Source: an uncultured Acidobacteriaceae bacterium
GTDB lineage: Bacteria > Acidobacteriota > Terriglobia > Terriglobales > Acidobacteriaceae
NCBI GenBank assembly: GCA_963837915.1
Contig: CAWIPZ010000046.1
Coordinates: forward strand, 469 to 64,468
Direction: 5' to 3'
Length of the DNA: 64,000 bases
In this document: positions 32,351-42,942 of the stretch, piece after piece
Numbering within the stretch: position 1 is the stretch's first letter
How the letters are laid out: every line of letters starts with the position of its first letter
The notes under the pieces: generated by a model
The model's database searches: none
Seen by the model: the letters and a program-made list of their open reading frames with translations, nothing else
Told to the model about the DNA's origin: nothing
Position numbers and translations under genes: made by a program

Positions 32351-33619
32351 ATGACTACTGCAAACGGCAATGGACAGCCTTCAAATCATGGAAACCAGAA
32401 CAAGCCAAGACTGGTTTTCTGGGAACTGACCAAAGGGTGCAATCTCCGCTGCATCCACTGCCGGGCCAGCGCCACGGAACTGAGCTCTCCCTCCGATCTC
32501 TCTACTCAGGCTGCACGCGACATTATCGACCAAATTGCCGCGGTTTCGTCTCCCATTTTGGTGCTCAGCGGTGGCGAACCGCTATTCCGTTCGGATATTT
32601 TCCAGTTGGCGCGCTACGGGACTGACAAGGGCCTGCGCGTAGCGCTGGCCACAAATGGCACTCTGGTTACGAAGGAGGTCGCGAAGAAGATCGTCGATAG
32701 CGGGGTGAAGCGCGTGGCCATTAGTCTGGACGGCTCCGATGCGCCGACTCACGATACGTTCCGCGGCATTCCCGGCGCATTCGACGCCGCGATTACCGGT
32801 TTCCGCAATCTCAAAGATTTGGGAATGTCCGTGCAGATCAACACGACGATCGCACGCCACAATGCCCATCAGCTTCCGCAGGTGCTTGAACTGGCGAAGT
32901 CGATCGGAGCGGATGCGCTGCACACATTCTTGCTCGTGCCAGTGGGTTGCGGTGTGGATATCGCTGCCGAGCAGATGGTGCCCCCCGAAGAGTACGAGCG
33001 GATGCTGAACTGGTTCTACGATCGCTCTCTCGAAGGTGGGATCGAGCTGAAAGCGACCTGCGCGCCCCACTACTTCCGCGTAGTTCGCCAACGGCGCGCG
33101 GCGGAGGGCCGGTCCGCAGCCGCGGCGGTTCAGGCTGCGCGGCCGGCGATTGAAACTCCGCCGGATTCGCCAAGTATCGGGCCCACAGATATGACCATGC
33201 CTGGGTCAACGGGCATCGAACTCAAACCTCATGGCATCGGCAAGGCCGTGGGACACCCTGGAGCTCATCCTTCCGACATGAACGCCATGACCAAGGGATG
33301 CCTGGCGGGAACGGCCGTCTGCTTCATCTCAAACCAGGGCGAGGTTTATCCCTGCGGATATCTGCCGGCTTTGGCGGGCGATCTGAAGAAGCAGCCGTTC
33401 GCCGATATCTGGGAAAACTCGGTGGTGTTCAATCAACTGCGCGACGTTAATAACCTTAAAGGGAAGTGCGGTTGCTGCGAGTTTCGCAATGTTTGCATGG
33501 GCTGCCGCGCACGGGCTTATGCCGCCACCGGCGACTATCTTGATCAGGAACCGTTCTGCGTCTACCAACCCGGCGCGAAGAATTTAAAGGACATTACTCC
33601 GGCGCACGTCTCGCGTTAG
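32351..33619 (+). CDS. Radical SAM/SPASM protein of the AhbD/NirJ type (putative anaerobic haem-biosynthesis enzyme)
   Basis: [19 protein letters not shown] (CxxxCxxC) and a Cys-rich SPASM tail ([14 protein letters not shown]...[20 protein letters not shown]). Adjacent to hemA. Confidence 0.7.
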   Translation: MTTANGNGQPSNHGNQNKPRLVFWELTKGCNLRCIHCRASATELSSPSDLSTQAARDIIDQIAAVSSPILVLSGGEPLFRSDIFQLARYGTDKGLRVALATNGTLVTKEVAKKIVDSGVKRVAISLDGSDAPTHDTFRGIPGAFDAAITGFRNLKDLGMSVQINTTIARHNAHQLPQVLELAKSIGADALHTFLLVPVGCGVDIAAEQMVPPEEYERMLNWFYDRSLEGGIELKATCAPHYFRVVRQRRAAEGRSAAAAVQAARPAIETPPDSPSIGPTDMTMPGSTGIELKPHGIGKAVGHPGAHPSDMNAMTKGCLAGTAVCFISNQGEVYPCGYLPALAGDLKKQPFADIWENSVVFNQLRDVNNLKGKCGCCEFRNVCMGCRARAYAATGDYLDQEPFCVYQPGAKNLKDITPAHVSR

Positions 33620-33810
33620 GCACCGACCTCCCTTACCCGAGACGGGCCAAAAGCCTCCCGGCAAAGCGCGATATCCCACAGCCTGCTCTCCTGGGTCCGA
33701 TCCTCCGCCGACACGAAGCCCGTAAGTCATTGAAACTAAATGCGATTTATCTTGTTCCACGGGGCAGCGTTTTGGCAAGGCAGATGCCCTTAGCAGGGAG
33801 TGGACAGGAG

Positions 33811-35121
33811 ATGAGGACATTGGAACCCACTTTGATGGTCGTTGGCTTGAACTACCGCACCGCCCCTGTGGGGGTGCGGGAGCGCTTCTGGATCAGCGAG
33901 GATCGGCGTTACCAAGCGCTGGTCGAGCTGCAAAGAGCAGAGGGCATCGAGGAAGTCATCGTGCTGGCCACCTGCAACCGCACTGAGTTCCTGCTGTGGG
34001 TGAACGACGTCACGCTGGCCGCGAACTCCGTGATGCGGATGCTCAGTTCCGAGTATGGGCTGAAGCTGTGCGAGTGGAAGCACTTCTACCGCCTGCTGGA
34101 TGAAGCCGCTTTGCTACACATTTTCCGGGTCGCTTCCAGCCTTGATTCCATGGTGGTCGGTGAGCCCCAGGTAATCTCGCAGGTGAAGCAGGCCTGGCAA
34201 CAGGCGCAAAAAGTTGGGGTGACCGGGCGGTTTCTTGATGCTGTGATGCAGAAGGCGCTCACCGTCTCGAAGCGCGTGCGCAGTGAAACGGCGATTGGCA
34301 ACGCGGCGGTTTCGATTCCGTATGCCGCCGTGGAACTCACGCGCCAGATTTTCGGAACGCTCGAAAACAAGAAGGTGCTTCTGTTAGGCGCGGGCAAGAT
34401 GAGCGAGCTCTCAGCGCGTGGCCTACTCAATCACGGCGCCAGCTCGATCCGCGTAATCAACCGGACACTAGAAAACGCCGCTGAGCTGGCTGCCAAACTG
34501 GGTGGACTGGCGATTCCTTTTGAAGAGCGCTGGCTACATATGGCAGAAGCCGACATTATCATCAGCTCGACTTCCTGTCCGCACACGATTCTGAGCCGCG
34601 AGGAAGCCGAGATTCTGGTTCGCGGTCGCAACGATCAACCGCTCGTGATCGTGGATATCGCGTTGCCTCGCGACATCGATTCTGCGGTGCGTGAAGTGAA
34701 GGGTGTTTTCCTCTATAACCTTGACGACCTGGAAAACGTAGTCGACCACAATGAGGGCGAGCGTGAGGCTGCCGCCGCGGACGCACAAAAGATTCTAGAG
34801 GCCGAGGCGCAAGGTTTCCGCCGCAAGCTGATGGCGGAGCGCGTGGTGCCGACCATCGTCGCACTGCGCCAGCGGCTAGATGAGATTTGCCGGCAAGAAC
34901 TGGATTCCTTCCGACAAGAGAACGGGCCTTTTTCCAAGGACCAGGACGAAATGTTAAACGCAGTAATGTCCAGAATGACGAAGAGGATTGCAGGGTCCTT
35001 AGCCCGTGAACTCAAGGAACTTCCGGAAAAGGTGGAGCAGGAACAGATGACCACTGCGGTGCAGCGGCTGTTCCACCTGCAAACGCCTGAACCGGCGCTT
35101 GCCGGCACCAGATCCCAGTAA
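33811..35121 (+). CDS. hemA: Glutamyl-tRNA reductase
   Basis: [19 protein letters not shown]...[10 protein letters not shown]...[10 protein letters not shown]. The ATG at 33811 follows GGACAGGAG. Confidence 0.9.
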   Translation: MRTLEPTLMVVGLNYRTAPVGVRERFWISEDRRYQALVELQRAEGIEEVIVLATCNRTEFLLWVNDVTLAANSVMRMLSSEYGLKLCEWKHFYRLLDEAALLHIFRVASSLDSMVVGEPQVISQVKQAWQQAQKVGVTGRFLDAVMQKALTVSKRVRSETAIGNAAVSIPYAAVELTRQIFGTLENKKVLLLGAGKMSELSARGLLNHGASSIRVINRTLENAAELAAKLGGLAIPFEERWLHMAEADIIISSTSCPHTILSREEAEILVRGRNDQPLVIVDIALPRDIDSAVREVKGVFLYNLDDLENVVDHNEGEREAAAADAQKILEAEAQGFRRKLMAERVVPTIVALRQRLDEICRQELDSFRQENGPFSKDQDEMLNAVMSRMTKRIAGSLARELKELPEKVEQEQMTTAVQRLFHLQTPEPALAGTRSQ

Positions 35122-35136
35122 GGAGCAGCCAAAACC

Positions 35137-35796
35137 ATGGCCAATCTAGAACACGACGCATCTCATTCCAAAGCCGGCTGGACCGATGTTCAGGCGTATC
35201 TGCTCGCTGTCTTCTGCCTCGTGCTGGGAGTCGCGCTCGGCTACCTGTTTCGTGGTTCGGCCTCGCCCTCGCCGCTCGCAGAAAACGCCCAAGCGTCCAC
35301 TACTGGCGACGGCAGTATGCCTCAAGGACAGTCAACCCAACCCCGGTTGAGTCCCGAACAGCAGAAGACGATGGTGGATCAAGCCGTCACACCCTTACTC
35401 GCGACTCTGAAGACCAGTCCTGATGATTTCAACACGGTTGTGCAAGTGGCAAATCTCTACTACGACGGACGGCAATATCCAGAGGCTGTCAAGTACTACC
35501 AACTTGCCGTGAAGAGCCAACCCACGAACGCAGATGTGTTAACCGACCTTGGAACTTCGCTGTGGTACACGGGGGACGCCGACGGAGCCATCACTGAATT
35601 TCAGAAAGCTTTGAAGTATCGGCCTGGTCATCCGGCAACGTTGTTCAATCTGGGCGTGGTTCGGTGGCAAGGCAAGTTGGATCCCAAAGGCGCGGTCGAG
35701 GCCTGGGAACAACTTTTGCGGCAGAACCCGGATTATCCGCAGAGACAGGAAGTCCAGGAATATATCGACCGAGCCAAGCAGCACGCCAAGGGGTAA
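35137..35796 (+). CDS. Membrane-anchored TPR-repeat protein (paralogue of 56074..56787)
   Basis: One TM helix ([21 protein letters not shown]) followed by TPR repeats. The C-terminal 130 aa align by eye with the 56074 protein. Confidence 0.7.
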   Translation: MANLEHDASHSKAGWTDVQAYLLAVFCLVLGVALGYLFRGSASPSPLAENAQASTTGDGSMPQGQSTQPRLSPEQQKTMVDQAVTPLLATLKTSPDDFNTVVQVANLYYDGRQYPEAVKYYQLAVKSQPTNADVLTDLGTSLWYTGDADGAITEFQKALKYRPGHPATLFNLGVVRWQGKLDPKGAVEAWEQLLRQNPDYPQRQEVQEYIDRAKQHAKG

Positions 35797-35815
35797 GAGC
35801 CGGCGCACTCAGACC

Positions 35816-35831
35816 TGTGCGCCAAGTCACA
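35816..35831. promoter_or_regulatory. CRP-type box TGTGC-GCCAAG-TCACA (one mismatch)
   Basis: Lies about 90 nt upstream of the adhP start. Confidence 0.35.
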
Positions 35832-35920
35832 TACAGCGGGTGCCATTTCATTACAAAGTAATTCGGAGTCCGCAGGACTGCAAGCAATCCATTAAACCGT
35901 GGTTTCGAAGGAGACATAAT

Positions 35921-37003
35921 ATGGCAAAAACAATGAAGGCGGCTTTTGTCGAGAAATTCGGCGAACCGTTAAAGATTCGGGAAGTTCCAATTCCAGATCC
36001 AGGGCCGGGAGAGGCGCTGGTCGAGGTGGTAGCGAGCGGGGTCTGTCACACCGACCTGCACGCGGCAGACGGCGATTGGCCGATCAAACCAACTCTGCCC
36101 TTTATCCCTGGGCACGAAGGCGCGGGGTTCGTGGCCAAGTTGGGACCGGGCGTGACCCATTTGAAGGAAGGCGATCGCGTCGGAATCGCATGGCTGCACA
36201 GCGCTTGTGGGCACTGTGAATTCTGTCTTACCGGCTGGGAAACGCTTTGTCCAGAGCAGCAGATGTCTGGTTATACGGTAAACGGCTCGTTCGCTGAGTT
36301 CGCTTTGGGTCAGGCAGACTACCTAGGACGGATTCCTGACAAACTGTCCTTTATTGATGCCGCGCCGATTCTCTGCGCCGGCGTCACTACCTACAAAGGT
36401 TTGAAACAAACCCAAGCACGCCCCGGTGAGTGGGTCGTGATTTCGGGGGTGGGCGGCCTAGGCCATGTCGCGATTCAATATGCAAGGGCAATGGGTCTGC
36501 ACGTCGCCGCCGTTGACATCGGACCCGAGAAACTGCAGTTGGCCCGCAAACTTGGCGCCGAAGTAACCGTCGATGCGAAGGAAGAAGATGTGGTGCAGGC
36601 GATCCAGAAGCAAACCGGAGGAGTTCACGGTGCATTGGTGACAGCTGTGTCTCTCCCGGCATTCAAACAGGCGCTCGGCACCCTACGCCGCGGCGGGACC
36701 TGCGTTCTGAACGGCCTTCCTCCCGGCGAATTTCCGGTCTCCATCTTCGATCTGGTGCTGAACGGCCAGACCGTGCGGGGTTCGATTGTGGGCACACGCA
36801 AAGACCTCGAGGAAGCTCTGCAATTTGCCGCCGAAGGCAAGGTGAAGGCGACCATCGAGGAGCAGCAACTGGGATCGATTAACGATATCTTTGATCGTCT
36901 CAAGAAGGGGAAGGTCAATGGCCGGATCGTTCTCGATATAGCTGGCGCGTCCCGTTCGAAGAAATCCACCCGGACTAAGACCTCTGAGTACGCTGTCGCG
37001 TAA
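35921..37003 (+). CDS. adhP: Zn-dependent alcohol dehydrogenase, AdhP-like
   Basis: [50 protein letters not shown]...GHEGAG. AAGGAG RBS. Confidence 0.88.
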   Translation: MAKTMKAAFVEKFGEPLKIREVPIPDPGPGEALVEVVASGVCHTDLHAADGDWPIKPTLPFIPGHEGAGFVAKLGPGVTHLKEGDRVGIAWLHSACGHCEFCLTGWETLCPEQQMSGYTVNGSFAEFALGQADYLGRIPDKLSFIDAAPILCAGVTTYKGLKQTQARPGEWVVISGVGGLGHVAIQYARAMGLHVAAVDIGPEKLQLARKLGAEVTVDAKEEDVVQAIQKQTGGVHGALVTAVSLPAFKQALGTLRRGGTCVLNGLPPGEFPVSIFDLVLNGQTVRGSIVGTRKDLEEALQFAAEGKVKATIEEQQLGSINDIFDRLKKGKVNGRIVLDIAGASRSKKSTRTKTSEYAVA

Positions 37004-37127
37004 ACGCTTAGGTCTCTTTGTTGTGCCGGAGAAACTGAACCAGGCGGATTGCGGTGCTCCTCGCACGATGCGAGCAACGCTGTCCGCCTTTCTTGTTTGT
37101 CAGGTAGATTGCCAGGTCACTGAGGGA

Positions 37128-37143
37128 CGTGACGGCACTCACA
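37128..37143. promoter_or_regulatory. CRP-type box CGTGA-CGGCAC-TCACA
   Basis: Lies about 85 nt upstream of the aldehyde dehydrogenase start. Confidence 0.45.
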
Positions 37144-37225
37144 GACTTACGTCATGCCGAGAGATATCTTCGCAGCGTTCGAGGAATCTTCATATTTCAA
37201 GTTCTGGAGAAGAGGAGGAGTCATC

Positions 37226-38773
37226 ATGGCAGTTTCAGATCTCGTGAAACAAACTTCCGTTCAGGAAGCACTTGTGACGCTTCGCAAGGGCGGCGTCAAA
37301 ACTAGATATGAGAATTTCATCGGTGGCAGGTGGGTAGCGCCGTTGAAAGGCAAGTACTTTACAGATTACAGCCCGATCAACGGTGAGCCGATCGGTGAGA
37401 TCGCCCGTTCATCGGCCGAAGACGTCGAAAAGGCACTCGACGCGGCACATGCAGTCAAGGATCTCTGGGGCCGTACCTCACCCGCGGATCGCGCCAACAT
37501 CCTGCTCAAGATTGCCGACAAGATGGAAGAGAATCTGGAGCTTCTGGCCCTGGCTGAAACTCTCGACAATGGCAAACCGATTCGCGAAACTCGCGCCGCT
37601 GATGTTCCCTTGGCGATCGACCATTTCCGTTATTTCGCCAGCTGCGTCCGCGCTGAAGAAGGCACGGTAAGTGAGATCGACAACGACACGATTGCTTATC
37701 ACTTCAAAGAGCCGCTCGGAGTGGTGGGACAGATCATTCCGTGGAACTTCCCGCTGCTGATGGCGGCGTGGAAGCTGGGTCCGGCCCTGGGCGCGGGGAA
37801 CTGCGTGATCCTCAAGCCGGCTTCCAACACTCCGCTCAGCGCTTTGGTGCTGATGCAACTGATCGCGGATCTGGTGCCCGCAGGCGTGGTCAACGTGGTT
37901 ACCGGACCGGGCGGCGAGATCGGCAAAGCCCTGGCGGCGAATCCGCGTATTGCGAAGATCGGCTTTACGGGGGAAACCACGACCGGCCGCCTCATCATGC
38001 AGTACGCGTCCGAGCCCATCATTCCGCAGACGCTGGAGTTGGGCGGAAAGTCGCCGAACATCTTCTTCGCCGACGTAATGGATGAGGATGATGAGTTTTT
38101 CGATAAAGCCTTGGAAGGCTTTGCCCTGTTTGCTTTTAACAAGGGCGAGGTCTGCACTTGTCCTTCTCGTGCTCTGATACAGGAATCGATCTTCGACAAG
38201 TTCCTGGAGCGCGCGGTCGATCGTGTGGCCAAGATCAAGGTCGGCAACCCTCTCGATCCGAATACCCAGATGGGAGCGCAGGCCTCGCGCGACCAGCTGG
38301 AAAAGATTCTGGGATACATTCAGGTCGGGAAACAAGAAGGCGCGAAGTGCGTCACAGGCGGAGTCCGGGCTCATCTGGGCGGAGACCTGGAGAATGGCTA
38401 CTACGTCAAGCCGACTGTATTCGTCGGCCACAACAAGATGCGCATCTTCCAGGAAGAAATCTTCGGCCCGGTGCTCTCGGTGACGAAGTTCAAGAACGTG
38501 GAAGAAGCAATCGCCATCGGCAACGACACGGTGTACGGACTGGGCGCTGGCGTGTGGTCGCGCAACGGTACGAATGCCTATCGTGTCGGCCGAGAGATCA
38601 AGGCGGGACGGGTATGGACCAACTGCTATCACCTGTATCCAGCGGGTGCGGCGTTTGGCGGTTACAAACAGTCCGGTTTTGGCCGCGAAACCCACAAACT
38701 CGCGCTCGGACACTATCAGCAGACCAAGAACCTGTTGGTGAGCTATAGCCCGAAGCCGCTGGGATTCTTCTAA
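37226..38773 (+). CDS. NAD(P)-dependent aldehyde dehydrogenase
   Basis: [34 protein letters not shown], and catalytic [24 protein letters not shown] before the ATG at 37226. Confidence 0.9.
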   Translation: MAVSDLVKQTSVQEALVTLRKGGVKTRYENFIGGRWVAPLKGKYFTDYSPINGEPIGEIARSSAEDVEKALDAAHAVKDLWGRTSPADRANILLKIADKMEENLELLALAETLDNGKPIRETRAADVPLAIDHFRYFASCVRAEEGTVSEIDNDTIAYHFKEPLGVVGQIIPWNFPLLMAAWKLGPALGAGNCVILKPASNTPLSALVLMQLIADLVPAGVVNVVTGPGGEIGKALAANPRIAKIGFTGETTTGRLIMQYASEPIIPQTLELGGKSPNIFFADVMDEDDEFFDKALEGFALFAFNKGEVCTCPSRALIQESIFDKFLERAVDRVAKIKVGNPLDPNTQMGAQASRDQLEKILGYIQVGKQEGAKCVTGGVRAHLGGDLENGYYVKPTVFVGHNKMRIFQEEIFGPVLSVTKFKNVEEAIAIGNDTVYGLGAGVWSRNGTNAYRVGREIKAGRVWTNCYHLYPAGAAFGGYKQSGFGRETHKLALGHYQQTKNLLVSYSPKPLGFF

Positions 38774-38796
38774 ACTAGTTGGGCGCAAATATTACA

Positions 38797-38828
38797 GGGC
38801 GAGTGCTTGAGCACTCGCCCTGTTTTCT
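38797..38828. terminator. Rho-independent (bidirectional) terminator
   Basis: 10-bp stem gggcgagtgc / gcactcgccc, loop ttga, then tgttttcttg. An A-rich run lies on the other side, between the convergent ALDH and NtrC-type genes. Confidence 0.7.
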
Positions 38829-38841
38829 TGTATACCCGCGC

Positions 38842-40305
38842 TCACTGATCTTCGCCCACGCCCGCCTGCGCCCCTTCTTCATCGCCGCGAATCAAGCCAA
38901 ACTTCTTCAGCTTGTAACGCAGAGCGTCACGGCTAATATCCAGCAGCTTGGCGGCGTGGGTTTGGTTGCCGTTCGCCTGGCGCATCGCCAGTTCGACCAT
39001 GGCATGCTCTACCTCTTCCAAGGATGTCCCGCCCTCCGGGATATAAAGCCGCGGCAGAGTTCGGCCGTTGGGCAACGTCTGTCCGCCATCGGCCGGTGAG
39101 GTTCGCTCGAAGACAGTGCGGCCGCCCGATTCGCCCACAGAAAAGGGAAGATACAACGGACGCAGGAGCGGTTCGTCTTCCAGGATCATGCCCCGCTCGA
39201 TGGTGTTTTTCAGTTCGCGAACATTACCTGGCCAGTTATGACTGAGAATAAGGCGGCGGGTTTCGTCGGTAATGCCACGAATCGACTTCTTGAATCTGCG
39301 ATTGTAGCGATCGATGAAGAAGTCCACCAAAGGCATGATGTCTTCTTTTCTGTCCCGTAGCGGCGGGATAAAGATTGCAATGATGGCCAAGCGGTAATAG
39401 AGATCCTGCCGAAACTCACCTTCGCGCACCGCTTTTTCGAGATCGCGGTTGGAGGCGGCGATTACGCGCACGTCCACCTGCATATCCTTGATGCCTCCCA
39501 CGCGGCGAATGACCTGGTCTTCTAGCACGCGCAGCAGTTTGGCTTGCAGCAGGGGAGAGAGCTCGCCGATTTCGTCGAGAAATAACGTACCGCCATCAGC
39601 AGCCTCGAACAAACCCTTCTTCATCTGTTTGGCATCGGTGAACGCGCCTTTTTCGTGGCCGAAGAGCTCCGCCTCCATCAACGTTTCTGGGATCGCCGAA
39701 CAATTGATGGCAACGAAGGGTTTCTCCTGACGCGAGCTTTCATAGTGAATGGCTTTTGCGATGAGATCCTTGCCAGTGCCACTTTCGCCTTGAATCAGGA
39801 TCGTGGTGGCTTCGCTGGAAGCAACCTTGCGCACGAAGTTCATGAGCTCGGTCATCTTGGATGAGGCGCTCACTACGCTCTCATAACCGGCTCCGCGACG
39901 CACCTCACCTCGCAGGGCTTGGACCTCGGTACGCAGGCTGGTGGCTTCGAGCGCGTTCTTGATAGTCACGTGGAGCTCATCGAAATCAACCGGCTTACCC
40001 ACGAAGTCGTAAGCCCCAAGCTTGAGCGCGGCTTTGACATCGTCAAGTTGCGGATCGGCGGTGATCATGATGACGGCGCGCGCGTCACCGTTTTTCTTCA
40101 GTTGGTCGAGCACTTCGATGCCAGTGAGGTCGGGCATGCGCACGTCGAGCAGGACAAGATCGGGAGATTCCTTTTCGGCGAGCTTAAGGCCGGGCACGCC
40201 GGCATCGGCCTCGATGACGTGGTAGCCCCACTCTTCGCACTTCTGGCGCAGCGACCAGCGCACCAGACGCTCGTCGTCCACGATCATGATTTTCTCAGCA
40301 GCCAT
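38842..40305 (-). CDS. Sigma54-dependent response regulator (NtrC/AtoC family)
   Basis: Receiver (IMIVDDERL...DLVLLDVRMPD), AAA+ domain (GESGTGKDLIAKAIH, GAFTDA, ...), and a Fis-type HTH tail. Confidence 0.9.
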   Translation of the reverse strand: MAAEKIMIVDDERLVRWSLRQKCEEWGYHVIEADAGVPGLKLAEKESPDLVLLDVRMPDLTGIEVLDQLKKNGDARAVIMITADPQLDDVKAALKLGAYDFVGKPVDFDELHVTIKNALEATSLRTEVQALRGEVRRGAGYESVVSASSKMTELMNFVRKVASSEATTILIQGESGTGKDLIAKAIHYESSRQEKPFVAINCSAIPETLMEAELFGHEKGAFTDAKQMKKGLFEAADGGTLFLDEIGELSPLLQAKLLRVLEDQVIRRVGGIKDMQVDVRVIAASNRDLEKAVREGEFRQDLYYRLAIIAIFIPPLRDRKEDIMPLVDFFIDRYNRRFKKSIRGITDETRRLILSHNWPGNVRELKNTIERGMILEDEPLLRPLYLPFSVGESGGRTVFERTSPADGGQTLPNGRTLPRLYIPEGGTSLEEVEHAMVELAMRQANGNQTHAAKLLDISRDALRYKLKKFGLIRGDEEGAQAGVGEDQ

Positions 40306-40373
40306 TGGTGCTTAATTTACTACGAATGGGCTGCGGAATGCTTTGGCGGCGGGTCCGGGATCAATCAACAACT

Positions 40374-41528
40374 CTAGGAAGCGGCGATATGCGCGGTCGG
40401 CGTGTGAAGGGGCAGCAATACCGTAAATTTGCTGCCGCTTCCTACGACACTGCTTACTTCGATCCGGCCGTGATGATCTTCCACGATACGGTGAGCCAGC
40501 GAAAGGCCGAGACCTGTACCGTCACCCTTGGTCGTGTAGAAAGGCCGGAAAATGTTGGGGAGGTTCTGAGGAGAGATGCCTCGGCCGCTGTCGCTTACAA
40601 CCACACTGGCATAGCCATCTTGCGTATCGATCTCGACACACACTTTTCCTGCACCGTCCATGGCCTGGACCGCGTTCAAAAGCAGGTTCAGAAGCACCTG
40701 GTGGATTTGATCGCTGTCATGCTCCACCTCAGGCAGATGGGGCGCCTTTTGCAGTTCGATCTTGATTGGTCTGGAGACTACCTGCTGGCGAGCCAGCATC
40801 ACGGCATGTTCCACCGTCGTGTTCAGGTTACTGCGGCGAATCTCGGGACGGCGGGGCCGCGCCGTTTCCAGAAGGTCGGTTAAGGTGCGACTGATGCGGG
40901 TGATCTCCAGCCGAACATCTTTCACGACTGCGCGGGCGGGACTGGTTGCGGGCAGATCGCGGCCGACGATTTCGATGACTCCTGCTATGCCGGCCAGCGG
41001 GTTGCGAATCTCGTGGGCCAAGCCTGTGGCCAACTCACCGAGTGTTGCCAGGTGTTCAGCCCGCGACATTTGTGTGCGATGCAGGCGTTCAATCTCCTCA
41101 CGGCTTTCGCGCAGTTGCTGCATCATGTGGTTAAAATTGCGGCCGAGGTCTCCGATTTCGTCGTTGCGCTGGGAGAAGCTGACAGCAACATCCAAGTTAC
41201 CGTCGCTGACCTGCTCCATTTTTTCCTGCAATTCAACCATGGGCCGTTGAATCAGATACGCAAGCACAAACATTGAAACTGCGCAGATAGCAACTGCGCC
41301 TGCTCCCGCGACGATCAGTACAGCGTGGCGGTCGGGGTCGCGCAACGAGACGGTGGCCAAAGTGAAGAGTAGCAGCCCCGCCAACAGGACCAACCCTACC
41401 GGCAAAATTGCTTTGAGCTGCCAATTGACGCGTACAGAACTCAATCGGAGGTCCTCCTCCTGACTCGTGGGGGCTGACGCCGCCAGTGGCCCAATTGCTT
41501 TCGCCGCAAACTGATTGCGGCTAGGCAT
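40374..41528 (-). CDS. Sensor histidine kinase (2 TM helices, HAMP, HisKA, HATPase_c)
   Basis: Two TM helices separated by only about 9 residues (SLRDPDRHA), H-box LAHEIRNPL, and G-boxes DSGRGI / GTGLGLS. Confidence 0.88.
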   Translation of the reverse strand: MPSRNQFAAKAIGPLAASAPTSQEEDLRLSSVRVNWQLKAILPVGLVLLAGLLLFTLATVSLRDPDRHAVLIVAGAGAVAICAVSMFVLAYLIQRPMVELQEKMEQVSDGNLDVAVSFSQRNDEIGDLGRNFNHMMQQLRESREEIERLHRTQMSRAEHLATLGELATGLAHEIRNPLAGIAGVIEIVGRDLPATSPARAVVKDVRLEITRISRTLTDLLETARPRRPEIRRSNLNTTVEHAVMLARQQVVSRPIKIELQKAPHLPEVEHDSDQIHQVLLNLLLNAVQAMDGAGKVCVEIDTQDGYASVVVSDSGRGISPQNLPNIFRPFYTTKGDGTGLGLSLAHRIVEDHHGRIEVSSVVGSGSKFTVLLPLHTPTAHIAAS

Positions 41529-42924
41529 AAGCGTGCATCCCAGGCAGCAAGTAAGTCACGCCGAAGAAAGTGAACATCACTACGGCAAACCCAAGGATGG
41601 CGAAGTAAGCAGCGCGCCGGCCTCGCCATCCACGAGTGATACGCATGTGCAGATAGCCCGCGTACACCAACCAGGTAATTGCAGCCCAAGTCTCTTTCGG
41701 ATCCCAGCTCCAATAGGAGCCCCAGGTGCGATTGGCCCAGTAGGCGCCCGCCGCGATCATCAGGGTGAGTAAAGGAAATGCGATCGCGATGGTCTTGTAG
41801 GTAATGCGGTCCAGTTCGTCCGCACTCGGCAACATGCGCTCTAAGTCTTCACGCCTCCAGAGCAGTAACAGGTACAACAGCGATACAAAGATTGCGCCCA
41901 CAAGGCCGGAGAGAATAAACGGGCTGGCGGCCAGAGTGGTGGGGAATAAACCGTCGGCATCGAGAGAAGCGTAACGGCCATCGCGGGCTCGGAGCACAAA
42001 GAACACTACCGCCAGTATCTGCAACAGGATGCTCAGGAACACGGCTCGATTGGCCATGTCGAGCAGCTCCTCATTGTGAGTCTTGTGCCAGATGAGATAA
42101 AGAACAAGCGGTGCCGCTACTGCCGCCATCACCAGAAGGAGCAACCAGCCGAGATCAGGAATCACAACGAAGAGGCGTACGCCACGGGACAGGAAGGCTT
42201 CCGACTTTTCTTCGGGGTTCCACGCAACGACGCTCAGCCCTCCCCATTTTTCAAAGCGGGTCAGGACGCCCACATACGTTGCGACCGTAAACAAGCTGGT
42301 CGCCGCCAGAAAGGTTTCAGTTTTCATCTTGTCCTGGATCAAGAACATCATGGCCAGGGCGAAACTGAGTGCGCATGCCGCATAGGCGAGCATGGCTAGT
42401 GTGACGTGGACGTGCAGCCAGGTCGATTGCAGCGCCGGCACCAGAGGACGAACCTCAGTCCGCAACAACTGCATCAGCACAACACCTACGATCGCGACCG
42501 GCATGGTCACTGTCCCGATTACCTTCACTCCATATTTCTTCTCGGCAACCAGCGTGAGCACGGCCAGAGTCCATACGAACATGAGCAGCATTTCGTAAAT
42601 GCTTGCGAAAGGCGGATGCCCAGCCTCGTACCAGCGGCGCGCTACCGCGCCAGTGTTGGCTAGCAACCCCGCCCATGTGGCCAGCGAGGCGAAGCGAATA
42701 TAAGAAGGAGTGCCAGTGATGCCGAATCCAAGATAGAGCGTTCCCGCGCCTGCATAGAAAATAAGCGCGGCGTAGAGGAGGTTGGAATCGTTGAGCAAGT
42801 TGCCGCTCTTGACCACGTTCAGAAACGCCATGAACAGCAGGAAGGCAACCCCCAATCCCACCATTACAACCAGCGTGTTGCTTGAAGCTCTCGGTTGCCG
42901 TTCGATTGTTGCGACGCGTGTCAT
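41521..42924 (-). CDS. ccsA: Cytochrome c biogenesis protein CcsA/ResC (System II)
   Basis: Polytopic membrane protein with the WWD-type motif [26 protein letters not shown]. Confidence 0.88.
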   Translation of the reverse strand: MTRVATIERQPRASSNTLVVMVGLGVAFLLFMAFLNVVKSGNLLNDSNLLYAALIFYAGAGTLYLGFGITGTPSYIRFASLATWAGLLANTGAVARRWYEAGHPPFASIYEMLLMFVWTLAVLTLVAEKKYGVKVIGTVTMPVAIVGVVLMQLLRTEVRPLVPALQSTWLHVHVTLAMLAYAACALSFALAMMFLIQDKMKTETFLAATSLFTVATYVGVLTRFEKWGGLSVVAWNPEEKSEAFLSRGVRLFVVIPDLGWLLLLVMAAVAAPLVLYLIWHKTHNEELLDMANRAVFLSILLQILAVVFFVLRARDGRYASLDADGLFPTTLAASPFILSGLVGAIFVSLLYLLLLWRREDLERMLPSADELDRITYKTIAIAFPLLTLMIAAGAYWANRTWGSYWSWDPKETWAAITWLVYAGYLHMRITRGWRGRRAAYFAILGFAVVMFTFFGVTYLLPGMHAYA

Positions 42925-42942
42925 CGATGCTTCCTCCGTGGT

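Noticed and set aside
37478-38788. 436-aa minus-strand ORF antisense to the aldehyde dehydrogenase gene. Similar long antisense or alternative-frame ORFs occur at 44846-45976, 45636-46391, 46354-47262, 48002-48943, 11795-12724, 20713-21465, 52138-52854 and 40305-40883.
   Set aside because: Each lies entirely within a gene whose product has clear family motifs on the other strand or frame. Their translations are Arg/Gly/Ala/Pro-rich with no recognisable domains, which is typical of shadow ORFs in GC-rich DNA.
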